NCBI GenBank assembly: GCA_965287045.1
Contig: OZ336871.1
Location: forward strand, 42,408,001-42,472,000
Reading direction: 5' to 3'
DNA length: 64,000 nucleotides
Origin: Carcharhinus amblyrhynchos
Taxonomy: Eukaryota
Part shown: piece by piece, positions 40,569 through 53,324 of the stretch
How positions within the stretch are numbered: the first letter of the stretch is position 1
Layout of the letters: the number at the start of each line of letters is the position of its first letter
Position numbers and translations under genes: made by a program
Notes under the pieces: model-generated
Told to the model about the DNA's origin: nothing
The model's database searches: none
What the model saw: the letters and a program-made list of their open reading frames with translations, nothing else

Positions 40569-41777
40569 CTGATTGTTCAGAAATTTTCTGGATATTTGAT
40601 TCCTGAGCCTAGAATGAAAATTTGACCCAAAGATTCTGAACTTCATTTTTTTTCCTATTTAATGATCTGTTAGCATTTTATTTGGTATAATAATTTTAAA
40701 AATAGCTGATGGGTTGATTTTCCAAGCCAGCATCCAAGGAACTCTTAACGTCCTAGGGCAATATGAAGGGAATAAAATTACCTGCGCCTGAATGTGAATT
40801 CCCACGGGCTGATCTCATGACTTGAGCAGAATTGTCAATGACATGATCCATAGGGAACTGATCTGTCAGAAGTGCCATTGTTTGGGATTCCTCCACATGT
40901 TGCAGAGTTTTTATTCCACAGCATGCTGTGGACATAAGTGATTACTTTCTCATCTGGAGGCCCAGTTTGATTGACAGCTGGGCCTTCAGTCAAACAGGCA
41001 ACTGGCCCTGACTACAGCGGCAGCAACATCAATGAATTGATTTGATCAGTGATGTGATGAGGAAGGATGCTTGATTGTTTTGGGGAATAGTGGAGGGATT
41101 GGCTGATTCTGGGTGTTGCAGGAAGCTAGGGAGAAGGTCGGAGCCTCAGGAGAAGGCCTGGAGATGGATGGTGAGGTGGGAGGGCAGCTCAGGAAACCCA
41201 GCTGACAACAGTAAATGTCCAAAAGCTGAATGATAATGAGATTTTTTTTCACATTTAAAGCTCTAGCCTGCCCACCTTCCAGCGTCAGTTAAAGCTGGAA
41301 TTAGGAAAATTGGAGGCAACTTTGAGTTAGGAAGCAGGTTTTCTAACTTTAAACTCCAATCCAACTCCAGCCCACCCATTCTCTGCCGTCAAACGATCCC
41401 CTTCCCTCCAGTTGTTTCTATTTACTCTATTTTGGTTAATTGGCAACACCTATTGGAAAGTAGGACTGTGTCATATTTGTGATGCCTGCCCATACACTAT
41501 GTTTTAGCAGTGCCATGCTATGATTTATTAGCAGGAACATTTTTGGGGTAATTTTGTCATTGATTTATATTTACTCAACCTCTCCAAGTACCTGCCTAAC
41601 CCAAGATGAAATGTGTCTTGTTGCAATAGTGAGCTGGATAGATGGATCATATTTACCCAACTGATGCACAGAGTTTGACAGACATTTTTATTTCTGCCTT
41701 GTAGCTAAGAGCCAAATATGCAGGTACTTGGATTATTGCCAACTTGGGTCAAGGATCTGCACTTACTGTACCATTAC

Positions 41778-42389
41778 CTGAAACATCCAAGTACTCCAGG
41801 TTAGGACACCGGGAAACAACATCATAGAGTGCTTCATTGGAGATGTTGTAACATCCTGGCACTTCTAGCTGCCGTAGCTCTGGACAGCACTGAGCAATGG
41901 TGTAGAGACCCCTATCAGTAAGCCGCCTGCAGCCTTGAACAATGACTGTTTCCAACATAAGGCATACATTAGGTGTATCCTGACACAATCTTCGGGTAAG
42001 TACTCGCAGAGCTCTGTCCACGTTCACTGTTTCGCCAGTCAGACGAATAGTCCTCCACAATCGTGCGTCCCAGCATAAGTTGTACCAGCGCCGGCACACT
42101 CTTGCACAACGGCAGAGCTGGTTGGTAGGGAGGTGTGAAAACATCTGGATCAAGGTTTGGTCTGGTAGCCTGTCAATCGGAGTCTGTTCTTTCTGTAGCC
42201 TCGATGCTGGCCTGATGGCACATTGCGGTATAAGGAACAAAGGCTGGGAGTGGATCATAGCGATGGTCTCCCCTGTGACTGAAGAGGATGAAGTGGAGGA
42301 TCCTTGGCCATTTTGAAAAGATTGCACATTCTGAGGACAGATAAATGCAGGGCTTGGTGTGCTCAATGTCCGCATACTCAAGTCTGAAT
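41778..42389 (-). CDS. FBXL7: F-box/LRR-repeat protein 7, penultimate coding exon (612 nt, F-box)
   Basis: Acceptor gtattccag|ATTCAGAC and donor TCAG|gtaatg. Reads (D)SDLSMRTLSTPSPA...IDRLPDQTLIQMFSHLPTNQLCRCARVCRRWYNLCWD...LEYLDVS(G). The phase-1 end joins the last exon in frame. Confidence 0.97.
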
Positions 42390-42572
42390 CTGGAATACAT
42401 ACAGAACATCTCTATTAGTGAACAATAATGTTGGAATTACAACTAATATGCAGCACAAAAACAAGATATTTATTCCCAACAAGTCAATGCTGGTGTTTGT
42501 GCTGCACACAAGCTTCGTCTCATGCTATTTCATCTAACCCTATCAGCGTAGCTTCTTAGAAAACACTACCCT

Positions 42573-44415
42573 TGTTGGAATGTAACCAGTAGCAACTTTG
42601 TATTGGATGTAATGTGACCAATGGTAACAACTGTGGGTCAGCTAATCCAGTAAACCATGGAACCAATTACAGAATGATGTAATAGTCAGCTGACCAGCTG
42701 ACTCACTCTAAATAAGAACCTGTTTGGAACTGTGGAGCACTTGGAGTGGCCCAGGATGAGCTCCCAAGTTTGGAGTAATGAAGTTTCTTTATTAAACGCT
42801 TTCTTTGATTTATAAGTTGGAGTAAGTTTTGTTATATTTTCATTATCTTCATTTGAAGAGTTCTTTCTGAAGAAACATTAGTAGAAGAAGAAAACCCATC
42901 GTAACTTGGTGTTTGTTTTTGAAGAAGTGCTACAACCATATCAGAAGGCAGAAGTAAGCTGACATCGTTTGATTGTTCCCCCAGTCTTTTCAGATGCCGA
43001 ACCATATCGGCAATGGAAGGCAAAGGTGGAAGTGTGGACCTTAGTCACCACAATACCAAAAAAAAAGCAAGGTATGAATTAGCTTTGTCACTTCCAATTA
43101 GGAGCAAGATAAGAAACAAAGTATTTTCTGATTGGACAGCAGATGCTCAAAATAGAGAAGAAGAGCTTCAGATTCTGCTACAATACTTAGATAAGTTTTA
43201 CCAAGAAGACGAGTTCTTGGAGAATTATGAAGGATGGGTGATTAGGAGACAAGATACCCAGTCCAGGAACAGTATATCATGGATTTAGATAGGGACCATA
43301 ACAGGCTAATGAAATTTAATTTGGAGATTCCAGATGCAGTACTGGCCTTTAGGTTGTTGGGCTGTGCATGTCTGTCACATATGGACACTCTTTTAGTAAT
43401 GACTGGAATACAATTAAGAGGAACAGAGCCCCTCTTTGATCAAATGGCAGCATCATTAAAAAAACTTTTCGGGAACCAATCCTTCCCCGCCACCTTGTTC
43501 AATACAGACTGGAATGCCATAACACCTAGAACGGAGGAGTCAATGGTAACTCAATCTCATGGTAGGCCAAATGGTACACAAAGACCCTTAAACAGAGGCA
43601 GTTACATTAATTACAGACATAGTGTTGAAAATGGTTATAACTGATTTGAAAATAAGGAAGGAAGACGTACATGGGAAACTAATAAAAGATGTTTAAATCA
43701 AAGGAATGCTAGAGAGATTGTGAATCGTTGTTTCCAATGTAACTCCCCGTACCACTACATTGTAAACTGTCTGAAAAGAAGAAATCATGTCTTTATTCTA
43801 TGTCACATGAAACCACATGTGACACAGAATACCTGAAAACCGACAATGATGGGATAAGGACCAGGAAAGCATTGTTTTGGTGGCAGATAAGTTGAGTTAC
43901 ATAATTAGTGTCCTGATGATAACTGTGGTGTTTTAGATAGTGGATGTACATCCACTGTCTGCAGCCAAGATTCGCTAAATTGTTATTTAGGATCCCTTGA
44001 TCATAAAGACCAAACAAAAGTAAAAGAACATGACAGTTCCACCTGTTTTGGAGATGACAACACTGTAGCCTCCTCTAAAAGGGTGATGCTTCCCTGTAGG
44101 ATTGTGAGAATCAGTTTATTTATAAATACAGATGTAGTTTCCAGTGATATACCTCTGTTGTTAAGCAGCCTCTGATAAAGAAAGCTCGTGACCATCGATT
44201 TGAAACAGGATAAAGCTGGAGTATTTGGGATAATAATGCACACTGCAGCAGAGAGCCGATTCAGCAATGGCCTCTGTGAAAAGAATCACGCAGTTATAGA
44301 TGACACGTTGCATAAAATTTTGACGGCTCAACTAGGCTGTAAATTGCAGGTTGCATTAGCATGGCCAGTACGTGTGAAAAATTCATTAGAAATAGTGGGG
44401 GGTTATAGCCCATAC
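42573..44415 (+). mobile_element. Degenerate Ty1/Copia element, GalEa-like (5' LTR, gag, protease, partial integrase)
   Basis: LTR tgtt(42573)...aaca(42877); gag PYRQWKAKVEVWTLVTTIPKKKQG..LALSLP; CCHC knuckle CFQCNSPYHYIVNC; protease VLDSGCTSTVC; integrase AAESRFSNGLCEKNHAVID..KNSLEIVGGYSPY. Confidence 0.8.
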
Positions 44416-45780
44416 CATTTAGCTACCTCACCCTCGATTCCATGAGATTTAACCTTATGCAAAAACCTACCATACAATACCTTGTCAAAGGCCTTGCCAA
44501 AGTCCACGTAGACAACATCATCTGCACTGCCCTCATTTACCTTCTTGGTTACCCCTTCAAAAAACTCGATCAAATTTGTGGGACATGATTTTCCACTCAA
44601 AGCCATGCTGGCTGTCCCTAATCAGATCTTGTGTCTCTAAATGCCTCTAAATCCTGTCTCTCAAAATATCATACAACAACTTACCCACCATGAGTCCAAA
44701 AGAAGAAAATGTAATCGATGAAGCTGCACCGACCTCCTCAGAAGACAAACATGGGACACGGCGGACAAATTAATCTTCGTTGTCCAGTACTTCCCCGGAG
44801 CGGAGAAGCTACCACATCTTCTCCGGAGCCTTCAACATGTCATTGGTGAAGACGATCATCTCATCAAAGCCCCACTCCCACTTCTTGCCTTCAAACAACC
44901 GCACAACCTCAAATGGACCATTGTCTGCAGCAAACTACCCAGCCTTCAGGAGAACAGTGACCATGACACAACACAATCCTTCCACAGCAACCTCTGCATG
45001 ATGTACCGGATCATTGACACAGATGCCATCATCTCACAGGTACACAGTACATACTCTTGCAACTCGGCCAACATTGTCTACCTGATACGCTGCAGGGTGT
45101 CCCGAGGCATGGTACATTGGGGAGACCATGCAGACACTACAACAACAGATGAATGAACTCTGCTTGACGATCACCAGGCAACAGTGTTCTCTCCCTGTTG
45201 GGGAACACTTCAGCGCTCATGGGCATTCGGCTTCTGATCTTCAGATAAGTGTCCTCCAATGCGGCCTTCACAACACACGACAACTCAAAGTCGCTGAGCA
45301 GAGACTGATAGTCAAGTTCCACATGCATGAAGACAGACTCAACAAGGATCTGGGGTACATGTCACACTATCTGTAACCCCCATGACTTGCCTAATCTTGC
45401 AAAATCTCACTAACTGTCCTGGCTGGAGACAATACACATCTCTCCACTCACATCGTCTGTACCTGTAAGACTTGATTAACTGTAAAGACTTGTATTCCAA
45501 CCATTATTTTGGAAACTGAGTTTGTGTTTTTATATGCCCTGTTTGTGAACAGAACGCCCACTTACCTGACAAAGGAGCTGTGCTCCGAAAGCTAGTGACT
45601 TTTGCTACCAGGTAAACCTGTTGGACTTTAACCTGGTGTTGTGAGACCTCTTACTGTGTTTACTCCAGCAATGCCAGCATCTCCACATCATGACCTCTCC
45701 AGTGGCCAGAGAGGATTTGAATATTAGCACCAGAGCCCCTACAATCTCTTCCTCTCTTGCCTCACACAGCAGCCCACTTA
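44410..45780 (-). mobile_element. CR1 RT fragment split by a Penelope insertion
   Basis: NLIEFFEGVTKKVNEGSADDVVYVDFGKAFDKV at 44403-44606, resuming after 45692. Confidence 0.8.
44694..45688 (+). mobile_element. 5'-truncated Penelope-like element (GIY-YIG remnant and pLTR)
   Basis: Colinear with 16190-17135: NIVYLIRC..WYIGETMQTL..VGEHFS. Hammerhead-like core at 45566-45594 with CTGACAA. catga occurs on both flanks. Confidence 0.9.
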
Positions 45781-47340
45781 CCTAATTTCTCCTTTTTGGA
45801 TTAAATAATCACATATTGGATATGTATTTGATATGTTTCATATCTGCACTTGTGCTTTGTTCAGATAAATAGTAGCAGATTTATCACTAGTGCAAGCGTG
45901 ATCTTACACGTGCAGTAAGTGTTGTTTATTTCCTGTGCTGTTCATTCATGCTGTGGTACAAAACAAGCAAGTGCACCCAAGGACAGAACATGAATTTATA
46001 ATAATGACAACACCAGGTGTCCAGGAAGGCAAAATAATCTACCATGATGAACATGAGCAACTTCAACAACTGACACATAATAATATTAATCTACCAACCA
46101 TATATCCATTGTATTAATTGCTATCCAAGCCCCTGGGGTTATGAGTGCTTGCTAATTATATTTGGCTACTGGATCCAAACACTATAAGGAGGAAAATCCC
46201 ATTCCCAAAGTGAATGCAACATTTGTTGGTAACTCACTGGCTCAACACTCAGAGATTTCTAGAATCAGTCCACAGCTTACATATTCATGACACAAGCTTT
46301 CAGCTTATTATTGGACCTGGAACTGGGAACTCACCAGAAGGAATTGAGAAATTGAAAGCGTTATTAGCCATTAAAAGACAAAAGTTAAAATGGAAAACAT
46401 ACAACAATAATAGCAGCTTCAGCGGGATTATCCAGCCATTTCAGCCAGTGAGATCTTCCAGTTCCGATGATGGAAACCCCCACTCCCTGCCACGAGTTCC
46501 CTGGAAGAGGAAGGCATGAACAATGGGAAATTCTGTTGACAGTGGTGGAACTGCAAGGTCCTGCTGCCAGCCAATTCACAGCAGCATTACAAAATAAAAT
46601 ATGACACTAAGCCACATGAAGAGATAATAGCTAAGATGTCCATAAGCTTGGCCAAAGTGGTAAGTTTTAAGGGGTGCCTTAAAGAAGGAGGTGAAAGGGT
46701 ACAGGAAAGAAATTCTAGAGCTTGTGGCCTAGGCAGCTGAAAGCATAGCCACCAATAATGGAATGATTAAAATTGGTGGCCAGAATTAGAGGAGTGCATC
46801 TAGAGGAAATTTAAGAAACTAGGAAGAAGGGGAGAGGCCAAGTTTTAAAAACAAGAATGGAAATATTAAAATCAAGACCATTGCTTGAGTGGGATGATTG
46901 GTGATTGGGACTTTTTGGGAATTAAGATGGTCAGTGGAGTTTTTGATTACCTCAAGCCTGCTGTTCCATGCAATACAAACAAGGCTGATCACACCTTGGC
47001 CTCCTCTCCACCTTTTTGCCCATGCCCCATAACCTTTCATCCTGTTACTAATTAAAAACCTACCCTTCTCCTTAAATTTGGTTAGTGATCTGGTGTCCAC
47101 TGCAATCTTGGGTAGAGAATTCCACAGGTTTACAAGCCTGAGTGAAGTAATTCCTCCTTATTTCTGTTTTAAATATGCCACCCCTTAGCCTAAAGCTCTG
47201 GCCTCTCATTACAGAAGGTTCAACAAGGGGAAACATCCACCCTACATCTACCCTATCAGTCCCCTTTCACATGTTTTTTTTTAAACCTCGATTAGGTCTC
47301 CTTTCAGTCTTCTAAACTGCTTAATCTCATTTCATAAGAC

Positions 47341-47536
47341 AAGGGTGGTGAGGGATTGGAATGCCCTGCCTGCTGCAGTTGTAAATGCGCCTAGTTTGGG
47401 GGCGTTTAAGAGATCCGTGGATAGGTTTATGGATGGAAAGGGATTGGTTTAGGTCAGAGGGTCATTGCTTTTTAACTGGTCGGCGCAACATCGTGGGCCG
47501 AAGGGCCTGTTCTGCACTGTAATGTTCTATGTTCTT
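47341..47536 (+). mobile_element. Short young CR1 3' end inside an older minus-strand CR1 (about 46975-48770)
   Basis: Near-identical to the reverse complement of 8285-8480; (atgttct)n tail. Confidence 0.9.
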
Positions 47537-47767
47537 TGTCCCAGAAATCAATCTAGTGAACTTACTCTAAACCATCTCTAATGAATTTACATATTTCCTC
47601 AAGTAAGGGGAACAAAACTATGCACAATACTTCAGATGGGGTCTTGCTAATGCCTATAAAGTTGAAACAGCACTTCCCTACTTTTATACTCCATTCCATG
47701 AGCAATGAATGCCAAAATTTCATTTGCCTTTCTTATTACATGCTGCACCTACTTTCTGCAATTCACA

Positions 47768-48709
47768 CAGACACAAAGATGAGTGGAAAAGCAAATTGTG
47801 CGGAGGGTGTGGAAAGTCTGCAGAGGGATCTGGATAGGCTGTGCAAGTGGGCGAGGACCTGGCAGATGGAGTACAATGTTAGCAAGTGTGAGGTTATACA
47901 CTTTGGCAGAAATAATAGTAGGAGGGATTACTATTTAAAGGGAGAAAAGCTGCAGTATGCTACGGTGCAGAGGGACCTGGGCGTCCTTGTGCTTGAGTCG
48001 CAAAAACCCAGTCTGCAGGTGCAGCAGGTGATCAAGAAGGTGAATGGGATACTGGCCTTTATAGCGAGGGGGATAGAATATAAAAGCAGGGAGGTCTTGC
48101 TGCAACTGTACAGGGCACTGGTGAGGCCGCAGCTGGAGTACTGTGTGCAGTTTTGGTCGCCGCACTTGCGCAAGGATATTTTGGCCTTGGAGGGAGTGCA
48201 GAGGAGGTTCACTAGGCTGATACCGGAGATGAGGGGGTTAGACTACGAAGAGAGGCTAAATAGACTGGGTCTGTATGCGTTGGAGTTTAGAAGGATGAGG
48301 GGGGATCTTATAGAGACGTATAAGATAATGAAAGGGATGGATAGGGTAGAGGTAGAGAGATTCTTCCCGCTCAGAAAGGACAGCAGGACTAGAGGGCACA
48401 GCCTCAAGATAAGGGGGGCGCGGGGGGGCAGTTTAGAACAGAGTTGAGGAGGAACTTCTTCACTCAAAGGGTGGTGAATCTCTGGAATTCTCTGCCCGTT
48501 GAAGTGGTGGAGGCTACCTCGCTAAATATATTTAAGTCACGGGTAGATAGGTTTTTGACAGACAAGGGAATTAAGGGTTATGGGGAGAAAGCGGGAAAGT
48601 GGAACTGATCCACTTCAGATCAGCCATGATCTTATTGAATGGCGGGGCAGGCTCGAGGGGCTAGATGGCCTACTCCTGCTCCTATTTCTTTTGTTCTTAT
48701 GTTCTTATG
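47768..48709 (+). mobile_element. 5'-truncated CR1, second young subfamily
   Basis: DTKMSG..LQRDLDRL..YCVQFWSP..FTQRVVNLWNSLP with one frameshift near 48420; (ttcttatg)n tail. Confidence 0.95.
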
Positions 48710-48994
48710 CACTAGGACACCCCGATCCCCCTACACTGAAACATTTTGAAGTTTCTCTTCATTTAAATTTTGGAAACATTGAAAACTTTCCTTATCTCCT
48801 TGTAGCTGACCTTTGGTGTTTCTTTAAGGACAATTGGTTAGGCAACACTAAAGTGTTGGAAGGATCTGAAGGCTTTGGGAATGTGCAGATGAGTATGATT
48901 TCAGGTATGGGGGATTACCGCTATATGGAGAAACTGCAGTTGTTTTACTTAATCCTGGGAAGGCTAAAAGGTTTAGTAGAGATGTGATCTTACT

Positions 48995-49720
48995 AATTCA
49001 CTCACAGTATCTGAGCGTCACTGACTAGGCTAGAAGTTATTGTGCATCCCTAATTGCCCTTGAAAAGATGGTTGTGAGCTGTCTTCTTGAACTACCATCA
49101 CATGTGTTGTGGGAACACACAGTGTGGTCAGGAAGAGAGTTCCAGGGATTTGATGCAGCAACAGTGAAGGAATGGCAGTAAAGTTCCAAATCAGGGTGAT
49201 GTGTAGCTTAAAGCAGAACTTGCAGTTAGTGCTGTTCCCAAGCATCTGCTGCCCTTGTCCTTCTAGGTGGTAGAGATCACAGGTTTGGAAGTGCTGTCGA
49301 GGGAGTCTTAGTGAGTTGCTGCACTGTATCTTGTAAATGGTACACATTGCTGCTGCTGTGTGTTGGTGATTGAGACAGTGAATGTTAAAGGTGATGGATG
49401 GGATGCCAATCAAGTGGACTGCTTTGTCGTGCATGGTGCTGAGCTTCTTGGAGCTGCACTCAACTAAGCAAGTGGATGGTACTCCATCACACTTTTAACT
49501 TGTGCCATGTTGGTAGTCTTTGGGGAGTTGACAGGTGAGTTACCCTCCGTAGAATTCCTGGCCTCTGACTTGCATTTGTAGCCTCAGTATTTATATGGCT
49601 GGTCCTGTTCAGTTTCTGGTCAATGGTAACTCCCAGGATGTTAACAAAAACAGATTCAGCCATGGTCATGCCATTGAATCTCATGGGGAGATGGTTAGAT
49701 TCTCTCTTGTTGAAGATGGT
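48995..49720 (-). mobile_element. LINE 3' part, same family as 1362-2374
   Basis: VNILGVTIDQKLNRTSHINT..QRPGILRRVTHL; reverse-complement homology to 1480-2340. Confidence 0.85.
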
Positions 49721-49766
49721 CTTAAAGGGATTAGATGGAAGAAATAAAGAGAAAATATTTCCAACT

Positions 49767-50082
49767 GGGCAGCAAGGTGGCACAGTGGTTAGCATTGCTG
49801 CCTCATAGCACCAGGGACATGGGTTCAATTCCAGCCTCAGGTCACTGTCTATGTGGAGTTTGCACATTTTCTCCATGTCTGCGTGGGTTTTTTCTGGGTG
49901 CTCCGGTTTTCTCACACAGTCCGAAGATATGCGGGTAAGTTGATTGGCCATGATAAAATTGTTCCTTAGTGTCAGGGGGATTAGCAGGATGTTACGAGAA
50001 TAGGGCCTGAATGGGATTGTTGTCAATGCAAGCTCGATGGACTGAATAGCTTCCTTCTGCATTGTAAGGATTCTACAATTCT
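49767..50082 (+). mobile_element. HE1-type V-SINE
   Basis: tRNA-like head, V-domain and gattctacaattct tail. Confidence 0.88.
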
Positions 50083-52468
50083 CTGATTGCTGAAGTGGTG
50101 AAATTCATAGGGCACAGGCGGGATTTTACGGCCTCGCTCGTCGTGAAACATCCTGCCCGAAGTCAATGGACATTTCCATGTTCTGCCCCACGCCCGCTCT
50201 GCTTCCCATTGGGGTGGGGCGGTAAAGTTCCAACCCACAGTTTTAATATGATAGGCAAATGTACCAGAGATTAAATTTTGGAATGGTTAGTACTTGTGCT
50301 GCTAATCCCCCAACACTAAGGCACAATTTTATCATGGCCAATCAAATTACCTGAATATCTTCGGACTGTGGGGGGAGTACCCAGAGAAAACCCATGAAGA
50401 CATGGGGAGAATGTGCAAACTCCATACAGACAGTGACCTTGTAAGACACTGCCTGATCTGTTGGTGGAATGGATTTGAGACTGGCTTTCAAAGGAAAATT
50501 GGATAGATACATGGAGAAAATGAAGCTTTCAAAATAAGTAAAGCATAATAACATCCATTTTGGATCAAAAAAGTGTCTCTCTAAATGGTGGAGAATTAGA
50601 AACAGTGGTGCTCCAAACAAAAACATAGGGGTCAATATACATTGATCTGATGTGTTAGGTACTGAGCACTACAATTCATGAAGGATGCATTGGCCTTGGA
50701 GGAAGTGCAAAGCAGATTTATCCTTCCTCCACCCCAGTACCACATACGTATAACAGTGGCCTAGCTGCTATATTTACCTTTCATTTAAAGTCACCTTGAA
50801 GCACCCACTTAATAACTTACTCTCTATTGCAGACTGTTGGAAGGCCTCTGATTGGCCCTGCAGCTTCAAGAGCTCACTGCCATCCTTAATTTGACAAGGG
50901 ACCTGTCATAATGCCAATTAAAGGGGCACTTCCATGATGTTCCTCAAGAGGGTCCCTAAAGAGAAACTCCTGTTTCCTGGTCTCAAAGTGAAAATTGAGC
51001 CTGTACACTCCATTGATGCCACCAGACCTGATGAATATTCCCACATTTTCTGTGCTTTTACAGATTTCCAGCATCCCCGGTATTTGGCTTTCAGGGTGAA
51101 GATGGGAAATACTTCTACAGACAAAGGATGGTCGAAGTTCAAAACTCTGTTCTGCAAAGGCAGTTGGTGCTAGGTCAGTTGTTAACTTCAAATCAGACAT
51201 TGGTAGATTTTTTTTGTTGTCTAAAGGTATTAAGAGATAGGGACAAAAGTGGATATGAAATTAGACAGATCAACGATGAACTTATTGAAAGCTGAACAGA
51301 TTAGAGGGTTTAATTAGCCTACTCATATTTGTATGTTTCTGTAGGAAGAATAATAACAATTGCTACTCCATTATTATTTCATTGCTTTAGACTGGAAAAT
51401 TACCAGAACAGTTAATAAATTTAAGAATATACCAGAGATGATTTACATTAAAAAAATGGCTATTACTGCTTGTAGAGCCAAGAAATGATGTGGAGTACAT
51501 TTTGTAATTTTACTGGAGATTTTCAATAGGTCCTGCATTTACAGTGCTTCAGGTATGCTTCCTGTTACTGTGCATTCCTCCATCTCCTACAATTTGCTCA
51601 AAGTCCCCTGTCAGGAAAGGAGAAAATTAAATATGCCAGGCCTTATGATAAGTAGGTAAAGTGAGTCATGTAATGAGGTTGAAATGAACTCCTGAACTGA
51701 CAGCTGTCAAAATGCTGAACTATAACTTGATATTATAAGGCCAAAGTGGGGTCTGTTGCTGCATTTACCTTTCGCCCTACAATTATTTTTAAATATGAGA
51801 GGAAATGTGGCACTGCTTTACTGCTGCAAGCCCTATGTAACGTGATGCCAGTACTACACCCACTGCTAAATAAAATCTGTCTTTCCTTTGGAGTGTGTAG
51901 TATGTTTTGTTGCAAAGATTCAGATTGTTCCAATATCATTCATTTGAACAATGTGTGACTTTTAAAAATGTAAATGAATTAAGTTATTTTAGACACAATT
52001 GGAAGAGCTTGTTCTCTAATGATATTAGAAGCATTCGTATCACTCCTTGAACAAATACATCATAGCAAGCAGTTTCACAGTCTTTCCAACTCGGTCTCTG
52101 AAATATAGGATCTTGCACATTACTCACCAAATGGATTTGACCCTCAAGTCATTTGCAACACAGTTCACTCCATCTGAGTCCACTAGAGAGAGCTGTCAGT
52201 CAAACCGCACACTTGTAGAACTTCCTAGGTTCCCAACAGTCTTGATGGCGCAGATTCCCTGGAGACTTATTTATTTATTTAATAAACCTTGCTAAACAGT
52301 CTAGTTGGATTTAGCAAAAATGAAGCAGAAGCGTGGAACTGTCGAATTCACAACCCTTCAATCTCTAGCCCTATCTTCAGTGGCCTGTCCTTTTAACTGC
52401 ATCATATATGCAGCTCCCTGTAAATATGTCTATCCGGTAGTTCTCCTTTGTGTCCTCGTTATCAGCAC

Positions 52469-53324
52469 TGTTTTGAGGTCAAGGGTTCCCAGGTCACATG
52501 GACTAGTATCTTTTAGCATCTAATTATGATTGATACTGTGGCCAAATGGACCACCTAAAATGGCGATTTGTAAAGCACTCTGGGACAATTGGGCAAGAAC
52601 TAAAACAGCATGCTGCCGCCTAAATGATAGAGATAAACAGGCTGCAACTCAGACGACTGAATACACAGGCTATGGGCCATCTCAAAGACAAGGGACACTC
52701 TCTGGTCAAACATACTTGTTTACCAGACGAACTGGAGCTAAACCCCTTATTTGGGAGGGAGGTATGTGACCTATGTGCCTCCAGCATCTACAGGCATGGC
52801 CATTGGTACACACCCAGAGATTGGTGTGGCAGCACCTGACTGCACTCTTATCGGTCAGGTGATCAAGCCCTGACTGATTGATTGACTAGAATCAGGAGAC
52901 CACCCAAAAGACACAAAACCAATGAGGGATAAAAGCTGCTGCACAACAGAAGCTCACACTTTCTCTGAGCCCATGAATGAGCTACAACAACAGTGACCGT
53001 CGCCAGCAACGACCAGCACGAGGAGAGCCAGCACACCTGAGAAGGAAGACCAGAGCCAGAGTGCCAGACCAGACCAAAGGATCAAAATATGCAGAGGACT
53101 ATCGAGACCAGTGCACAGATAAAGACCAATATCTGCTTAGATACTTGCCAGTCAAGCAAAGTTATGTCAAGGTATTGTATTGGAATTGAACTTAAGTATT
53201 TTCTGTAAGATAACTTATTGTTGGTTAGGTGGGTGATTATCGATTGTGTGTTCTAAATAAATATTGGTTGTACTAACAACAAGTCTACTCGCAGTTCTTT
53301 GCCCATTGTATAAGGGTTAAAACA
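52469..53324 (+). mobile_element. Solo LTR (about 856 bp)
   Basis: Terminal inverted tgtttt...aaaaca; CCAAT near 52919, TATA-like gataaaa near 52928, AATAAA near 53256. Flanks gcac/gact are not an exact TSD. Confidence 0.65.

Noticed and set aside
41749-41777. ORF-track extension NGTVSADP* of the F-box exon
   Set aside because: It is intronic read-through past the GT donor at 41777; FBXL7 homology continues in the exon starting at 29897.
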